Origin: Ostrea edulis
Lineage: Eukaryota
Assembly (NCBI RefSeq): GCF_947568905.1
Contig: NC_079168.1
Coordinates: 46,810,001 to 46,874,000 of the forward strand
Length of the DNA: 64,000 bases
Direction of reading: 5' to 3'
Shown here in pieces: positions 61,607 through 64,000 of the stretch (within the stretch, counting starts at the first letter, position 1; each line of letters opens with the position of its first letter). The position numbers and the translations under genes were made by a program. The notes beneath the pieces were generated by a model. That model was not told where the DNA came from and did no database searches. It saw nothing but the letters and a program-made list of their open reading frames with translations.

Positions 61607-61747
61607 ACTCTCTGATTTATCACAGAATTATTTAAGATTACTAAACCATTAGGGACAGGCAAATCATCAAGTGAATGGATGTACAAATTTGCAATTTTGT
61701 CTTTACAACTGTAATGTTCAAGTAAAGCTTCTTCAGCATTTCTGTAA

Positions 61748-62563
61748 TTATACCCCCCGCAACAAGTTGTGGGGGGGTATACTGGAATCGGGTTGTCTGT
61801 CCGTCCGTCTGTAGACGCAATGGTTTCCAGGCTCTAAAGCATTATCCTTTCCACCTACAGTCACCATATCATACATATGGACTACCCATGGGATGAAGAT
61901 ATTCCCTATTGATTTTGGGGTCAAAAGGTCAAAGGTCAAGCGCACTGGACATCGAAGTAGCAGTATGGTTTCCGGGCTCTAAAGCGTTATCCTTTCCACC
62001 TACAGTCACCATATCATACATATGGACTACCTATGGGATGAAGATGTTCCCTATCAATTTTGGGGTCCAAAGGTCAAGCGCACTGGACATTGAAGTAGCA
62101 ATATGGTTTCCGGGCTCTAAATCGTTATCCTTTCCACCTACAGTCACCATATCATACATATGGACTACCCATGGGATGAAGATGTTCCCTATCGATTTTG
62201 GGGTCAAAAGGTCAAAGTTCAAGCGCACTGGACATTGAAGTAGCAATATGGTTTCCGAGCTCTAAAGCGTTATCCTTTCCACCTACAGTCACCATATCAT
62301 ACATGTGGACTACACATGGGATGAAGATGTTCCCTATCAATTTTGGGGTCAAAAGGTCAAAGGTCACGCACACTTGACATCGAAGTAGCAATATGGTTTC
62401 CATTTAAATTCTTTAATGGCTTTTTTTATCGCATGGAGATGCTGTGTTCCTAGATACCTTTTGGATCATAATACTGAAGTTTTACCTATTACCAACACCC
62501 TTTGGGAGATTGGGGTAAGTGGGGAGTATTCTTAGTGAGCATTGCTCACAGTACCTCTTGTTT
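61748..62563 (+). mobile_element. Helentron-like non-autonomous element with 145-bp core x4
   Basis: 5' hairpin tataccccccgcaacaagttgtgggggggtata; tggtttcc at 61821, 61966, 62104, 62249, 62394; 3' hairpin gtgagcattgctcac then ctcttgttt. Confidence 0.8.
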
Positions 62564-62835
62564 CTATTAGTGAGCGAGAATCCCAATATTACCTGTAAAA
62601 CCTCCCCGAACAAAAATGAATTTAGGTAGGTAAATTTTATACCTAGGAAAGATTGTCGTTGTTATGGACACTTACTGCAAACGAGTCCCAAAATGTTTGC
62701 CAGTCCAGTAGATTTCAATAAACTTTGGCAAATCAAGTTTTATTGATATATGTGTATGAGTTTTAGCATTTCCAAACACAGGGAAGAATCATTACATGGA
62801 ACAAATTGGGTTGCATTCATATTTAAATCTGATGA

Positions 62836-63150
62836 TTATTGAGCTTGATTGTATAAATGTGTTGGAACAGATTGAGTGTTTGATGTATTGTTTGTAAATT
62901 CCTCATTATCTTTAGCCTTAAAACTAACATATATGTGCTCATGTGATTCATCTACTTTGGTCTGTATCTCCATATCCTCTGACAATCCTTGTAGAATTAC
63001 TATATCTAGTTTTTTCAGTCAGTCCTGTTTCTCTTTCAGTATTTCAATAATTTCTGACTGCGATGCATTTCTGATTCCAAATTGTTTTGTTTTTTTAATT
63101 GGTTTGATAGCACCATGATAGCCAGCTCGTATACCTTTTAACTTTGGTAT
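62836..63150 (-). mobile_element. Decayed BEL/Pao-like LTR retrotransposon gag N-terminus
   Basis: KLKGIRAGYHGAIKPIKK..IIEILKEKQD*LKKLDIVILQGLSEDMEIQTKVDESHE; one internal stop; resembles BEL gag starts as I recall them. Confidence 0.5.
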
Positions 63151-64000
63151 ATCTATTTTTCTTCAAAATCCTAAGTTTTTATCACAGCACAAAATATTTG
63201 GAAAAGACAATAAACAAAGACGTCTGTACCAATGCATTGTGTTTAATTTCTCTATCTGCTATAAACAAACTGTAAAAAGAGTTCTGTGGTATGTCTGTTG
63301 ACATACATTCTTCACAGACAATTTTAAGAATGAAAAATATGTTTACAATACATTGGAAATAGCATCCCACAATCAATACATAATACAATAATAATATTGC
63401 ATATACATGTACTATGAAACACAGGACCAGCAGAAAACAGTTCACTATCACTAAATTTCGTTATATCCATCATTTTTTATTATTTTTCCTATCATAGGGG
63501 AATAAATATAACTTTACAAGAAGAGTGAATTCATTATAAGCATGTTTTACTGTATGTGAGTGAGAGAGAGGGGTGGGGGAGAAATTAATTCATTTTATGC
63601 TATTTATGAATTTTACATTGAATGTGAAAGCAGACTTGGTCTTAAAACATAAAGCATCTCTAATCATTTGCTTCTGATATTACATGTACTAATGATTCTC
63701 TAAACTGTTGCCACTCAGAAGTTTATATAGCAAATACCAAGGGAATATCAACATTGCTTACTTTTATATTTCTGTATGTATTGTTTTGCATGCATTTACT
63801 TAGAATTCAATGAATTTGTTATTCTTCATTCAGTATGTTGCCATTAAAGACAAGTTTTACTGCAAAAATGAAAGCAGTGTTATGAAAGATGCTCAAACAA
63901 ATTTCATTTTTTTAAAAATGAAATAATTTTTGTAACTTTATCCTGGATGAATCAAAATTGTACAGAAAAATGAATGCACAAGAATATCACATTGTTTACA

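Noticed and set aside
774-63451. Most short ORFs in the supplied track, including alternate-frame and antisense ORFs over Kunitz exons, TERPRV repeats and satellite arrays
   Set aside because: They are shadows of real exons or products of stop-poor repeats; hydrophobic low-complexity translations typical of AT-rich introns, with no domain motifs.

Overview
AT-rich, intron-containing animal DNA, most likely a bivalve (oyster-like, inferred from the repeat families). Exons were reconstructed by hand from GT-AG boundaries and phase continuity. Three protein-coding genes are present. (1) The 3' part of a papilin-like extracellular-matrix gene on + (30 exons, 7677-40486, about 1,690 aa in the window): lagrin-type CCPDG repeats, 12 Kunitz, 2 FN3, 4 LDL-receptor class A, 3 Ig and a terminal PLAC domain. 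The FN3 and LDLa modules are not part of the papilin architecture I know. (2) A complete five-exon NDUFAF3 on - (55459-46393, 330 aa) with a charged C-terminal extension of about 167 aa. (3) The first four exons of DCAF15 on +, head-to-head with NDUFAF3 (236 bp between start codons). Introns contain many Helentron-like non-autonomous elements with satellite cores (including Cg170-like ~167-bp arrays), MITEs, tRNA-derived SINEs, minisatellites and relics of Penelope-like, LINE and BEL/Pao retroelements. No prokaryotic system, CRISPR array or rRNA gene is seen. TE family names come from recalled motifs, not from database searches, and TE boundaries are approximate.
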